From Malacoraja senta (Eukaryota): a DNA stretch of 64,000 nucleotides. How positions within the stretch are numbered: position 1 is the first letter of the stretch; the number at the start of each line of letters is the position of its first letter. The stretch is taken from the NCBI GenBank assembly GCA_038087875.1, contig CM075995.1:8558001-8622000 (forward strand), in the 5' to 3' direction. Positions 25,967-37,959 of the stretch are shown here, piece by piece. The translations under genes and the position numbers were made by a program. The notes under the pieces are model-generated. The model worked only from the letters and a program-made list of their open reading frames with translations. It made no database searches and had not been told where the DNA came from.

Positions 25967-27604
25967 CATAGATACATAGATACATAGAAAATAGGTGCAG
26001 GAGTAGGCCATTCGGCCCTTCGAGCCTGCACCGCCATTCAATACGATCATGGCTGATCATCCAACTCAGTATCCCGTACCTGCCTTCTCTCCATACCCCC
26101 TGATCCCTTTAGCCACAAGGGCCACATCTAATTCCCTCTTAAATATAGCCAATGAACTGGCCTCAACTACCCTCTGTGGCAGAGAGTTCCAGAGATTCAC
26201 CACTCTCTGTGTGAAAAAGTTTTTCCTCATCTCGGTCTTAAAGGATTTCCCCCTTATCCTTAAGCTGTGACCCCTTGTCCTGGACTTCCCCAACATCGGG
26301 AACAATCTTCCTGCATCTAGCCTGTCCAACCCCATAAGAATTTTGTACGTTTCTATAAGATCCCCTCTCAATCTCCTAAAGTCTAGCGAGTATAAGCCAA
26401 GTCTATCCAGTCTTTCTTCATATGAAAGTCCTGACATCCCAGGAATCAGTCTGGTGAACCTTCTCTGCACTCCCTCTATGGCTATAATGTCCTTCCTCAG
26501 ATTTGGAGACCAAAACTGTACGCAATACTCCAGGTGTGGTCTCACCAAGACCCTGTACAACTGCAGTAGAACCTCCCTGCTCCTATACTCAAATCCTCTT
26601 GCTATGAAGGCCAACATACCATTCGCTTTCTTCACTGCCTGCTGCACCTGCATGCCTACTTTCAATGACTGGTGTACCATGACACCCAGGTCTCGCTGCA
26701 TCTCCCCATTTCCTAATCGGCCACCATTTAGATAATAGTCTGCCTTCCCGTTTTTGCTACCAAAGTGGATAACCTCACATTTATCCACATTATACTGCAT
26801 CTGCCAAACATTTGCCCACTCACCCAGCCTATCCAAGTCACCTTGCAGTCTCCTAGCATCCTCCTCACAGCTAACACTGCCCCCCAGCTTAGTGTCATCC
26901 GCAAACTTGGAGATGTTGCTTTCAATTCCCTCGTCCAGATCATTAATATAAATTGTAAATAGCTGGGGTCCCAGCACTGAGCCTTGTGGTACCCCACTAG
27001 TCACTGCCTGCCATTGTGAAAAGGACCCATTTACTCCTACTCTTTGCTTCCTGTTTGCCAGCCAGTTCTCTATCCACATCAATACTGAACCCCCAATACC
27101 GTGTGATTTAAGTTTGTATCCTAATCTCTTATGTGGTACCTTGTCGAAAGCCTTCTGAAAGTCCAGATACAACACATCCACTGGTTCTCCCCTATCCACT
27201 CTACTAGTTACATCCTCGAAAAATTCTATAAGATTCGTCAGACATGATTTACCTTTCGTAAATCCATGCTGACTTTGTCCAATGATTTCACCACTTTCCA
27301 AATGTGCTGCTATCCCATCTTTAATAACTGACTCTAGCAGTTTCCCCACTACCGATGTTAGACTAACTGGTCTGTAATTCCCCGTTTTCTCTCTCCCTCC
27401 CTTCTTAAAAAGTGGGGTTACGTTTGCTACCCTCCAATCCTCAGGAACTACTCCAGAATCTAAAGAGTTTTGAAAAATTATCACTAATGCATCCACTATT
27501 TCTGGAGCTACTTCCTTAAGTACTCTGGGATGCAGCCTATCTGGCCCTGGTGATTTATCGGCCTTTAATCCATTCAATTTACCCAACACCACTTCCCGAC
27601 TAAC
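25967..27604 (-). mobile_element. Young 5'-truncated CR1 LINE with an uninterrupted 508-codon RT region
   Basis: ORF 26066-27592 has NYRPVSLTS, LDFQKAFDKV, GVPQGSVLGP and KFADD. Tail (CTATGTAT)n at about 25967-25988. Confidence 0.95.
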
Positions 27605-28839
27605 CTGCCTCTAGCGTTTCCAAGCCCCTTAATAATCTTATATGTTTCAATGAGATTCCCTCTCATCCTTCTAAACTCCAGAGTGTACAAGCCCAGCTGC
27701 TCCATTCTCTCAGCATATAACAGTCCCGCCATCCCGGGAATTAACCTTGTAAACCTACGCTGCACTCCCTCAATAGCAAGCGTCCGATCCAGGCGAGCCC
27801 CAGGCTGCTGCGGGGCCTCCAGCCGTCACCTTCTTTGGTCGACCAGTGACCCCACGCCCCTCTCCTCTCCTCGCCCATCCACCTTTGTGGCCGGTGGGGG
27901 AGGGGAGGGGGAGGAGCCTCCTGCAGCCGGCGTCGACCATCCACTCTATCCAGGCCTTTCACTATTCTGTGCGTTTCAACGAGGCCCCCCCCCCCGCTCA
28001 TTCTTCTAAACTCCAGCGAGTACAGGCCCAGCGCCGACAAACGCTCATCATAGGTTAACCCACTCATTGCTGGGATCGTTCTTGTAAACCTCCTCTGGAC
28101 CCTCTCCAGAGCCGGCACATCCTTCCTCAGATATGGGGCCCACATTTGTTCGCAATACTCCAGCCTGATAATCAGGAATCAGGATTCATCGCCACAGAGG
28201 GCTGTGGAGGCCAAGTCAGTGGATATTTTTAAGGCAAGAGATGGGATAGATTCTTGATTAGTACGGGTGGCAGGGGTTACGGGGAGAAGGCAGGAGAATG
28301 GGGTTGAATGGTGCTGACTCGATGGGCCGAATGGCCTAATTCTGTTCCTATGACTTATGGTAGTAAAGGCAAGTTGGGCCGAAGGTCCTGTTTCCACTCT
28401 GTACGGCGTTATGAGTCGATACCACTGCTAGAGGCCAACCCTGCTTAACCTTTCTTCCCGACTCAACCCTTTTGATCAACGAGCGATTGATAGATACAGC
28501 GTGGAAACAGGCCCTTCGCTCCAACGAGTCCATACCCACCATCGATCACCCGTGCATACTAGTCCTATCTTATCCCACTTTCTCAACTACTCCCTACACA
28601 CTAGGGGAAGTTTATGGAGGGGCCATTAACCTGCAAACCCGCACATCTTTGGCATGTTGGAGGAAACCCGAGCACCCGGAGAAAACCCCACGCGGTCACA
28701 GGGAGAACATGCAACCTGTTGATTAGTACAGGTGTCGGGGGTTATGGGGAGAAGGCAGGAGAATGTGGTTAGGTAGGTGGGAGGGATAGATCGGTCATGA
28801 TTGAATGGCGGAGTAGAAAACGCACATCTCCAGATTCAG

Positions 28840-29418
28840 AGGTAGACAAAAATGCTGGAGACACTCAGCGGGCGAGGCAGCATCTATGGAGCGAAGGAAA
28901 TAGGCAACGTTTCAGGTCGAGACCCTTCATTAGACTGATGTGGGGGGGGGGGCGGGAAGAAGAAAGGAAGAGGCGGAGACAGTGGGCTGTGGGAGAGCTG
29001 GGAAGGGGAGGAGAAAGCAGGGACTACCTGAAATTGGAGAAGTCAATGTTCATGCTGCTGGGGTGTAAACTACCCAAGCGAAATATGAAGTGCTGCTCCT
29101 CCAATTTGCGCTGGGCCTCACTCTGGCCATGGAGGAGGCCCAGGACAGAAAGGTTGGATTGGGAATGGGAGGGGGAGTTGAAGTGCTGAGCCACCGGGAG
29201 ATCAGGTTGGTTATTGCGAACCGAGCGGAGGTGTTGGGTGAAGTGATCGCCAAGCCTGTGCTTGGTCTCACCGATGTAGATCAGCTGGCATCTAGAGCAG
29301 CGGATGCAGTAGATGAGGTTGGAGGAGATGCAGGTGAACCTCTGCCGCACCTGGAAAGACTGCTTGGGTCCTTGGATGGAGTCAAGGGGGGAGGTAAAGC
29401 GACAAGGGTAGCATTTCC
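28840..29418 (-). mobile_element. Penelope-like GIY-YIG fragment plus terminal repeat
   Basis: ORF 29024-29350 is closely similar to 18464-18790. Confidence 0.88.
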
Positions 29419-31384
29419 AGATTCAGGGGCAGTTTCTTCCCGGCTGTTATCAGGCAACTGAACCGTCGTCTCACCAACTAGAGAGCGGTCCTGACCTCCC
29501 AACTACCTCATTGGAGACCCTTGCATTATCTTTAATCGGACATTACTGGACTTTATGTTGCACGAAGCGCTATTTATCCTGTATCTGTGCACAGTGGACG
29601 GCTTCATTGTAATCACGCATTGTCTTTCCGCTGACTGGGTAGCCTGCAATACAATAGACAATAGACAATAGGTGCAGGAGTAGGCCATTCGGCCCTTCGA
29701 GCCACCACCGCCATTCAATGTGATCATGGCTGATCATCCCCAATCAGTACCCCGTTCCTGCCTTCTCCCCATATCCCCTGACTCCGCTATTTTTAAGAGC
29801 CCCACCTAGCTCTCTCTTGAAAGCATCCAGAGAACCGGCCTCCACCGCCCTCTGAGGCAGAGAATTCCACAGACTCACCACTCGGTGTGAAAAAGTGTTT
29901 CCTCGTCTCCGTTCTAAATGGCTTACTCCTTATTCTTAAACTGTGTGGCCCCTGGTTCTGGACTCCCCCAACATCGGGAACATGTTTCCTGCCTCTAGCG
30001 TGTCCAAGGCCTTAACAATCTTATATGTTTCAATGAGATGCCCTCTCATCCTTCTAAACTCCAGAGTGTACAAGCCCAGCTGCTCCATTCTCTCAGCATA
30101 TGACAGTCCCGCCATCCCGGGAATTAACCTTGTGAACCTACGCTGCACTCCCTCAATAGCAAGAATGTCCTTCCTCAAATTAGAGGGACCAAAACTGCAC
30201 ACAATACTCCAGGTGTGGTCTCACTAGGGCTCTGTACAACGGCAGCAGGAGTCCTGGCAACATGCCCATTTGACTGGGGAAGGGGGAATTGGATTGAAGA
30301 AGGGTCTCGACCCGAAACGTCACCCATTCCTTCTCTCCAGAGACGCTGCCTGCCCCGCTGAGTTACTCCAGCATTTTTGTGCCTATCTCCGGTTCAAACC
30401 AGCACCTGCAGTTCCTTCCTGCACAAATAGAAACCTCACCAGATGAAGACACGTGAGACTAACACATATCCTGAAACCACTTTGATATGTTCACACCTTG
30501 CCTCAGACAAACAGCCGATTAGACTTTAATCTCTCTCGCACATGCGTGAAAACAAAGTTCCAGCAGACATTCACAATAAAATGCGTTTCTGCTTTTAACC
30601 TTGAAAAGAAAAAGATAAAAGCTGGTGTGAGAAAGATGGTGCAATAGATAAGGGTTAGTTCAGTTTAGCATAGAGATACAGCGCGGAAACAGAACCCTCG
30701 GCCCACCCAGTCCGCACCGACCAGCGATCCCTGCACACTAACACAACCCTACACACACTAGGGACAATTTACATTTACACCCAACCAATTAACCTATAAA
30801 CCTGCACGTCTTTGGAGTGTGGGAGGAAACCAGAGATCCCGGAGAAAACCCACGCAGGTCACGGGGGAGAACGTACAAACTCTGTACAGACAGCGCCCGT
30901 AGCCAGGATCGAACCCAGGCCTGTGACGCTGTGAGGCAGCAACTCTACCGCTGCGCCACCATGTTGGAACTAAAGCTTTGGGAACGTAAGATTTTTGTAC
31001 GGCGGACGGCACGGTGGCGCAGCGGTAGAGTTGCTGCCTCACAGCGCCAGAGACCCGGGGTCGATCCCGACTACGGGTGCTGTCTGTACGGAGTTTGTAC
31101 TTTCGCCCCGTGACCTGCGTGGGTTTTCTCCGGGTGCTCCGGTCTCCTCCCACACTCCAAAGATTTGCGGGTTTGCAGGTTAATTAGCATCTGTAAATTG
31201 CCCCATGGTGTGTAGGACATAGAAATAGTATGCGGGGATCGCTGGTTGGTGTGGACTGTAGGGTCAATTAGACGGGCCGACGGGGCTGTTTCCGCGCTCT
31301 ATCTCTAAACTAAACTAAGCAAAGAAGGACTTTATGGAGTTATTAAACGTTGATATAAATGGAAATTGAAATAAACCATCATTA

Positions 31385-32541
31385 TCCTATCCTTAAACCC
31401 CTGTCCCACGGTACAAGTTCATTCCAAGAGATCTCCCGAGTTTGCCCTGATTCGAACTCGGAGATTTACGGTAATGGCCACTCGTCGGTACTCGGGGCTC
31501 TCGTGGACATTTTTCATCATGTTGAAAAAATCTTCACGAGTCTTCCCGTGCTTACCTGCCATTAGCGAGTCTTCCCGAGTACCTGCCGTTAGCGTTACGA
31601 GCCGCTAAGAGACGTCCCCGAGCTCCGACGTACCCGCTACGTTCATTCTCAGTGCTTAACACGAGTTTAATTTTTTTAAAACTCGGGAGAGCTCTTGGAA
31701 TGAACTCGTACCGTGGGACAGGGCTTTTATAACTATAAAACTCTGATCTTGGATGTGTGTGTGTATGTGTGTGTATTTATTTGTTCGTGTGCGATCATAT
31801 CTTTTCAAAAAAACGATGCGCTAATGGTAATTCTTTTACATATTCCGGTAGAGATTTTCCCCGTGAAGTCAATGATCGCCTCATCTGAAAAATTCATGCA
31901 TTTTTTCTCGAGTTATTAATCAAAATGTTCAAAAATGTGAAGAGACGGAATAAAATAACAGCTTTTTCCCCGTGCTTACAGCTGTGACGTCGCAATGGGA
32001 TTGTAGCCCTGCTCCCAACATTGTTGCTATCGAAGTACACTGAGTCCTGCCAGCCCCAGCAAGTGCAAATGCATTTTTTAAAGTCACAGTACACTGAGTC
32101 CTGCTAGCTAGCAAGTGCAAATGCATTTGTTTTGAAGTCAGAGTACACCGAGTCCTGCTGGCCCCAGCAAGTGCAAATGCATTTTTTAAAAGTCACAGTA
32201 CACTGAGTCCTGCTAGCTAGCAAGTGCAAATGCATTTTTTTAAAGTTTAAAAATGAGGGAGGGTGCATAAGGCAAAAGGAGCAGCCCCTGCGCAGTTGTC
32301 GGCTATGGGTGAGTGGTGGAATATTGCGTTAGGGACTAGGGTTGCGTTGGGGGACCAGGCCTCCCGTGGGGGCTATGGGTGAGTGGTGGAATATTGCGTT
32401 AGGGACTAGGGTTGCGTTGGGGGACCAGGCCTCCCGTGGGGGCTATGGGTGAGTGGTGGAATATTGCATTGGGGAATAGGTTGCGTTGAGGGAACCAGGC
32501 CTCCCGTGTGACAGGGACCCAATGGGCCCCACTTGGTCTAG
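31385..32541 (+). mobile_element. Non-autonomous Helitron carrying internal tandem repeats and a nested MITE
   Basis: A|TCCTAT start and CTAG|T end. Subterminal hairpin GGGACCC-AAT-GGGCCCC (32514-32530). No TSD. About 56-bp x4 (32033-32245) and about 70-bp x3 (32301-32508) repeats. Confidence 0.7.
31396..31726. mobile_element. PIF/Harbinger-type MITE nested in the Helitron 5' end
   Basis: TIRs AACCCCTGTCCCACGGTAC... / ...GTACCGTGGGACAGGGCTT; 3-bp TTA TSD at 31393-31395 and 31727-31729. Confidence 0.85.
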
Positions 32542-34189
32542 TAGAACTTAGAACAGTACAGCACAGGAACGGGCCCTTCGGCCCATAATGTCTCTGCTGA
32601 ACATGATGCCAAGTCCATCTCTCATCTGCCTGCACAAGAACGGTCTCGAGCCGAAACGTCACCCATTCCTTCCATCCAGAGATGCTGCCTGTCCCGCTGA
32701 GTTACTCCAGCATTTTGTGTCTATCCATATCCTTGTATTCTCTGCATATCCACGTGCCTGTCTAAAAGACCTTTTAACGCCACTATCGTATCTGCCTCCA
32801 CCACCACCCCAGGAAGCGCGTTCCAGGCACCCACCGCCCTCCGCGTAAAACAAAACATGCCCCGCACATCTCCTTGAAACTTGGTTCAACTCACCTTTTA
32901 GAATTTTATCGGGATGCATCACGGCACGGTTTGGGAACGGCTCCATCCAAGACCGCAAGAACTTGCAGAGAATTGTGGACGCAGCCCAGACCATCGCACA
33001 AACCAACCTCCCTTCCATCGACACCATCTACACCTCACGCTGCCTTGGCAAGGCCAGCAGCATAATCAAGGACCAGTCTCACCCCGGCCACTCCCTCTTC
33101 TCCCCTCTCCCATCAGGCACGAGGTACAGAAGTGTGAAAACAAACGCACACCTCCAGATTTAGGGACAGTTTCTTCCCGGCTGTTGCTATTGAGGGAGTG
33201 CAGCGCAGGTTCACAAGGTTAATTCCCGGGATGGCGGGACTGTAATATGCTGAGAGAATGGAGCAGCTGGGCTTGTACACTCTGGAGTTTAGAAGGATGA
33301 GAGGATATCTCATTGAAACATATAAGTTTGTTAAGGGCTTGGACACGCTAGAGGCAGGAAGCATGTTCCCGATGTTGGGGGAGTCCAGAACCAGGGGCCA
33401 CAGTTTAAGTATAAGGGGTAAGCCATTTAGAACGGAGATGAGGAAACACTTTTTCTCACAGAGAGTGGTGAGTCTGTGGAATTCTCTGCCTCAGAGGGCG
33501 GTGGAGGCAGGTTCTCTGGATGCTTTCAAGAGAGAGCTAGATAGGGCTCTTAAAGATAGCGGAGTCAGGGGATATGGGGAGAAGGCAGGAACGGGGTACT
33601 GATTGTGGATGTTCAGCCATGATCACATTGAATGGCGGTGCTGGCTCGAAGGGCCGAATGGCCTACTCCTGCACCTATTGTCTATTGTCTGTTATCAGGC
33701 AACCGAACCGTCCTCTCACCAACTAGAGAGCGGTCCTGACCTCCCATCTACCTCGTTGGCGACCTGCGTGGGTTTTCTGCGGGTTCTCGGGTTTGCTCAC
33801 ACGCTCCAAAGACGTACAGGTTTGTAGGGTAATTGGCTTCGGTAAAATGGTAAATAGGATAGTGTTAGTGTGTGCGGGGATCGTTGGTCGGCCTGGACTC
33901 GGTGGGCCGAAGGGCCTGTTTCTGCACTTCATTTTTCAGTTCAGTTTATTGTCACACGTACCGAGGTGCAGTTTAAAAAAGCTTTTTGTCGCGTGCTAAC
34001 CAGTCAGCGGAAGGACTATATATGGCTACAATCGAGCCAGTCACAGTGTTAAGAGTAGGGAGCGATTTTCAGATCTGCTTCTGTGGTTGGCCCACAAATA
34101 GTCGGCTGGGTTGCAGGCAGTTTAGTTCAGCTGCATCTCTAAACTAAACAAACTAAAACCTCCTCAGATACAATAATACAGCGTAGCAA

Positions 34190-35556
34190 AGTGTGGAGCC
34201 ATGCATTTTGGTGGTAGGAGTAAAGGCGTGGAATGTTTTCTAAATGGGGAGAGAATCCAGAAATCGGAGGTGCAAAGGGACTTGGGAGTGTTGTTGCAGG
34301 ATTCCCAAGAAGTTAATCTGCAAGTGACAGGTAAAATGGATGAAGGGGAGCCAGTGGATGTAGTGTATCTAGACTTTCAGAAAGCCTTAGATAAGGTCCC
34401 GCACGGGAGACTGGTGACTAAAATTAGAGCGCATGGTATTTGCGGGTAGGGTGTTGACGTGGATAGAAATTGGTTGGCAGACCGGAAGCAAAGAGTAGGA
34501 GTGAACGGGTCCTTTTCAGAATTGCAGGCAGTGGCGAGTGGAGTGCCGCAAGGCTCGGTGTTGGGGCCGCAACTGTTTACCATATATATTAATGATTTGG
34601 AAGAGGGAATTAGGAGCAACACTAGCAAGTTTGCGGATGACACAAAGCTGGGTGGCAGTGTGAACTGTGAAGAGGATGTTAGGAGGTTGCAGGGTGACTT
34701 GGACAGGTTGAGTGAGTGTGCAGATGCGTGGCAGATGCAGTATAATATAGATAAATGTGAGGTTATCCACTTTGGTGGCAAAAACAAGGGGGCAGATTAT
34801 TATCTCAATGGGGTTAGGTTAGGGGGAGGTACAGCGAGACCTGGGTGTCCTTGTACACCGGTCACTGACAGTTGGCGTGCAGGTACAGCAGGCAGTGAAG
34901 AAAGCTAATGGAATGTTGGCCTTCATAACAAGAGGATTTCAGTATAGGAATAAAGAGGTTCTTCTGCAGTTGTATAGGGCTCTGGTGAGACCACATCTGG
35001 AGTATTGTGTACAGTTTTGGTCTCCTAATTTGAGGAAGGACATCCTTGTGATTGAGGCAGTGCAGCGTAGGTTCACCAGATTGATCCCTGGGATGGCGGG
35101 ACTGTCATATGAGGAAAGATTGAAAAGACTAGGCTTGTATTCACTGGAGTTTAGAAGGATGAGGGGTTATCTTATAGAAACATATAAGATTATAAAAGGA
35201 CTGCACAAGCTAGATGCAGGAAAAATGTTCCCAATGTTGGGCGAGTCCAGAACCAGGGGCCACAGTCTTAGAATAAAGGGGAGGCCATTTAAGACTGAGG
35301 TGAGAAAAAACTTTTTCACCCAGAGAGTTGTGAATTTGTGGAATTCCCTGCCACAGAGGGCAGTGGAGGCCAAGTCACTGGATGGATTTAAGAGAGAGTT
35401 AGATAGAGCTCTAGGGGCTAGTGGAGTCAAGGGATATGGGGAGAAGGCAGGCACGGGTTATTGATTGGGGACGATCAGCCCTGATCGCAATGAATGGCGG
35501 TGCTGGCTCAAAGGGCCGAATGGCCTCCTCCTGCACCTATTGTCTATGTTTCTATA
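34190..35556 (+). mobile_element. CR1 LINE RT-to-3'-end fragment with frameshifts
   Basis: YLDFQKALDKV, GVPQGSVLGP, KFADD and [15 protein letters not shown] are spread across three frames. Confidence 0.92.
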
Positions 35557-35804
35557 AGCTAAACTAAATGAGTTTAACTTTTTAGACCTGTGTGTGTCAG
35601 GGGTTACGGAGAGAAGGCAGGAGAATGGGGTTGAGAGGGAGAGATAGATCAGCCGTGATTGAATGGCGGAGTGGAGTCGATGGGCCGAATGGCCTGATTC
35701 TGCCCCTATCACATGAAGACGAAGCTATTATCACAAAACATCACTGTTGGTCACAATGACAAGTCAGCAGTCAAATTATTTTATGGCCCACAGCTTTATG
35801 CTGC

Positions 35805-35814
35805 TTTATTTATT
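35805..35814 (-). promoter_or_regulatory. Candidate CCR9 polyadenylation signals (two overlapping AATAAA)
   Basis: Plus-strand tttatttatt reads AATAAATAAA on minus. It lies in a unique AT-rich block (about 35715-35945), roughly 1 kb past the CCR9 stop. Confidence 0.5.
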
Positions 35815-35964
35815 AAAGCACATCAGCGAAAGATTACAAAACATTGAAAGGAATGTAGCATAAAACAGCAACATACAGTTAATCCGGACAAGTGGATATT
35901 TAATGTTCCAACTGATGATTGCACTGTATGCTCTAAAACACCGCTCATCCTCCTGCGCTCCAAG

Positions 35965-36511
35965 TAAGGTCGCCAACGTCCTCACTCCCAAATAAGGGAC
36001 AAAAGGTCAAAATACGGGACAAATTCCCCGACGGCAATTCGTTGAGCGACTGGGCCGTGGCTGGGTGAATGATGAGTTGGCTCCGGGTGCTGGACTGCAC
36101 ACAAAGCCCAGCCGGCAGGCCCAGCTGAGGAGTTTTGGCCCAGGGGGCCGCGCGCACAGTCCGGCGCTCCGTCCTACTCACGAACCGATGATCGGCCGTG
36201 AGAAGGAGGGGTGGTGGTGGTGGTGGTGTCGGCGGTAAGCGAAGGTCCGAAGGTCGGACAGCTGGCCGGGCTGCCGACCGACCGACCGACGGGGCCACGG
36301 GCGAGGAGGCGCTGCTGCTGCTGCACTCCACGGGCTGCACTACGTCGGGGACGGGTGAGGCGGGGGCCGGACGCGGCGCTCCGACCCGACAGTCCCCTCG
36401 ACCCGAGTAGTAGCGGTCAAATACGGGACAAGGGGCGGTCCCGTACGGGACAAACCAATTTAGCCCAATGTACGGGATGTCCCGGCTAATACGGGACAGT
36501 TGGCAACACTA
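35965..36511. mobile_element. Second copy of the hAT-like element, within the presumed CCR9 3' UTR
   Basis: Termini TAAGGTCGCCAAC / GTTGGCAACACTA; body aligns with 4283-4837. Confidence 0.65.
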
Positions 36512-36816
36512 ACGTGCGGGGGATCACTAGTCGGTGCGGACACGGTGGGCCGAAGGGCCAGTTTCCTCGCTGTATCCAGAAACGTGCGGTGCCGGCCAAC
36601 ATGCCCCAGCTACACTAGTCCCACCTGCCCGCGTTTGGCCCATATCCCTCCAAACCTGTCCTATCCATGTACCTGTCCAAATGTTTCTTAAATGTTGCCT
36701 CAACTCCCTCCTCCGGCAGCTCGTTCCATACACCTCTAAACTAACCTTGTACTTTGGACGCTCGTGTTTTGGCCTGTGTTATTGGTGGTGGGGGGTGGGG
36801 GGTGGGGGGGGGGTGG

Positions 36817-37932
36817 TTATAGAGAGAGGGTCGCTGTAGTTTCAGTCTCTGAATGCACAGGGGAGAACTTAGAGTCCGTCTTAGACGGGCCTAGCTGTGG
36901 TTTGGCTGTGGCGGTCCCGGCACATCCCACATCCTTCAGGATTCTCAGCAGATCTTTGCGGAACTTGACTCCGATGAAGGCGTACAGGAGCGGGTTGAGG
37001 CAGGAGTGCAGGAAGGCCACGCTCTGGGCGACCTGGGTGGCGAAGTCCAAGTACTTGAGGGTCTGGCAGTCGGTGATGGTGATGTTGATGGCGTCCATGG
37101 CCCTGACGATGACCAAGGTGTTGTAGGGCAGCTGGGAGAGGACGAAGACCGCCACCACCGTCCCGATCACCTTGATGGCCCGGTGCCTCTGCAGCGTGCG
37201 TGCTCGGAGCAGCTTCCAGACGACGGTGGAGTAGCAGAAGGCCATGACGGTGAAGGGGAGGAAGAAGCCGACGGCCACCTGGACGGCTAGGCCCGAGGCC
37301 TTTAGGGCCTTCCCCGGGTAGATGGTCAGGCAACGGCCCTGCGTGGAGTCCTGCTGGCTGAAGCAGAATTCAGGCAGGGACAGGATCACGGCCGACATCC
37401 AGACCAGCAGGGAGGTCACCTTGCTGCGATGGAGCATCTTCCTCCTGGAGGCCCTGGCCTTGACGGCCATCACGATGGCGATGTAGCGGTCCACGCTGAT
37501 GCAGGACAGCAGCAGGATACAGCTGAAGAAGTTGACCTTGTAGATGCTGGCGGCCGTCTTGCACATGAAGTCTCCAAAGACCCAGCCGGACACGGCGTCC
37601 AGGGCCCAAAAGGGGAGGGTGCAGAGGAAGAGGATGTCGGCCACCGCCAGGTTGAGCAGGTACACGTCGGTCATGGTCTTCACCCTCTTGTTGTAGGCGT
37701 ACAGCACCACCACCAGGATGTTCCCCGCAAAGCCCAGCAGGAAGACCACCAGGTAGAACGTCGGCAGGAAGTAGCGGGCAAATTGGCGGACATCCGATCT
37801 TCGGCAAATGCCGCCAGACTCGTCGTAATCTTGATAGTTGGGGTACTCTGAGCTGTAGTCTATGGTCCCCGCCGACGAATACTGGTCGTCGTTCCCTTCC
37901 GTCATCTCCTTGCCAGCTGCTGATCCCTGCAT
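36817..37932 (-). CDS. CCR9: CC chemokine receptor, CCR9-like (class A GPCR, 371 aa)
   Basis: Seven hydrophobic segments with GNxxV, TDVYLLNLAVAD, DRYIAIV, SQLPYN and HSCLNPLLY. Acidic Tyr-rich N-terminus and four extracellular Cys. VRQFA, RVKTMTD and C-terminal ETTATLSL resemble CCR9. Adjacent to LZTFL1 head-to-head, as for human CCR9. The ATG directly follows a splice acceptor (tgtgtttag|ATG). Confidence 0.9.
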   Translation of the reverse strand: MQGSAAGKEMTEGNDDQYSSAGTIDYSSEYPNYQDYDESGGICRRSDVRQFARYFLPTFYLVVFLLGFAGNILVVVLYAYNKRVKTMTDVYLLNLAVADILFLCTLPFWALDAVSGWVFGDFMCKTAASIYKVNFFSCILLLSCISVDRYIAIVMAVKARASRRKMLHRSKVTSLLVWMSAVILSLPEFCFSQQDSTQGRCLTIYPGKALKASGLAVQVAVGFFLPFTVMAFCYSTVVWKLLRARTLQRHRAIKVIGTVVAVFVLSQLPYNTLVIVRAMDAINITITDCQTLKYLDFATQVAQSVAFLHSCLNPLLYAFIGVKFRKDLLRILKDVGCAGTATAKPQLGPSKTDSKFSPVHSETETTATLSL

Positions 37933-37959
37933 CTAAACACAGCAACGATTCAGTGTAAG

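Noticed and set aside
36817..37932. ACKR4, CCR7 or CXCR6 as the identity of the receptor
   Set aside because: Some ACKR4-like residues are present, but the DRYIAIV motif, RVKTMTD, the C-terminal ETTxxLSL and the position next to LZTFL1 favour CCR9. A phylogeny would be decisive.
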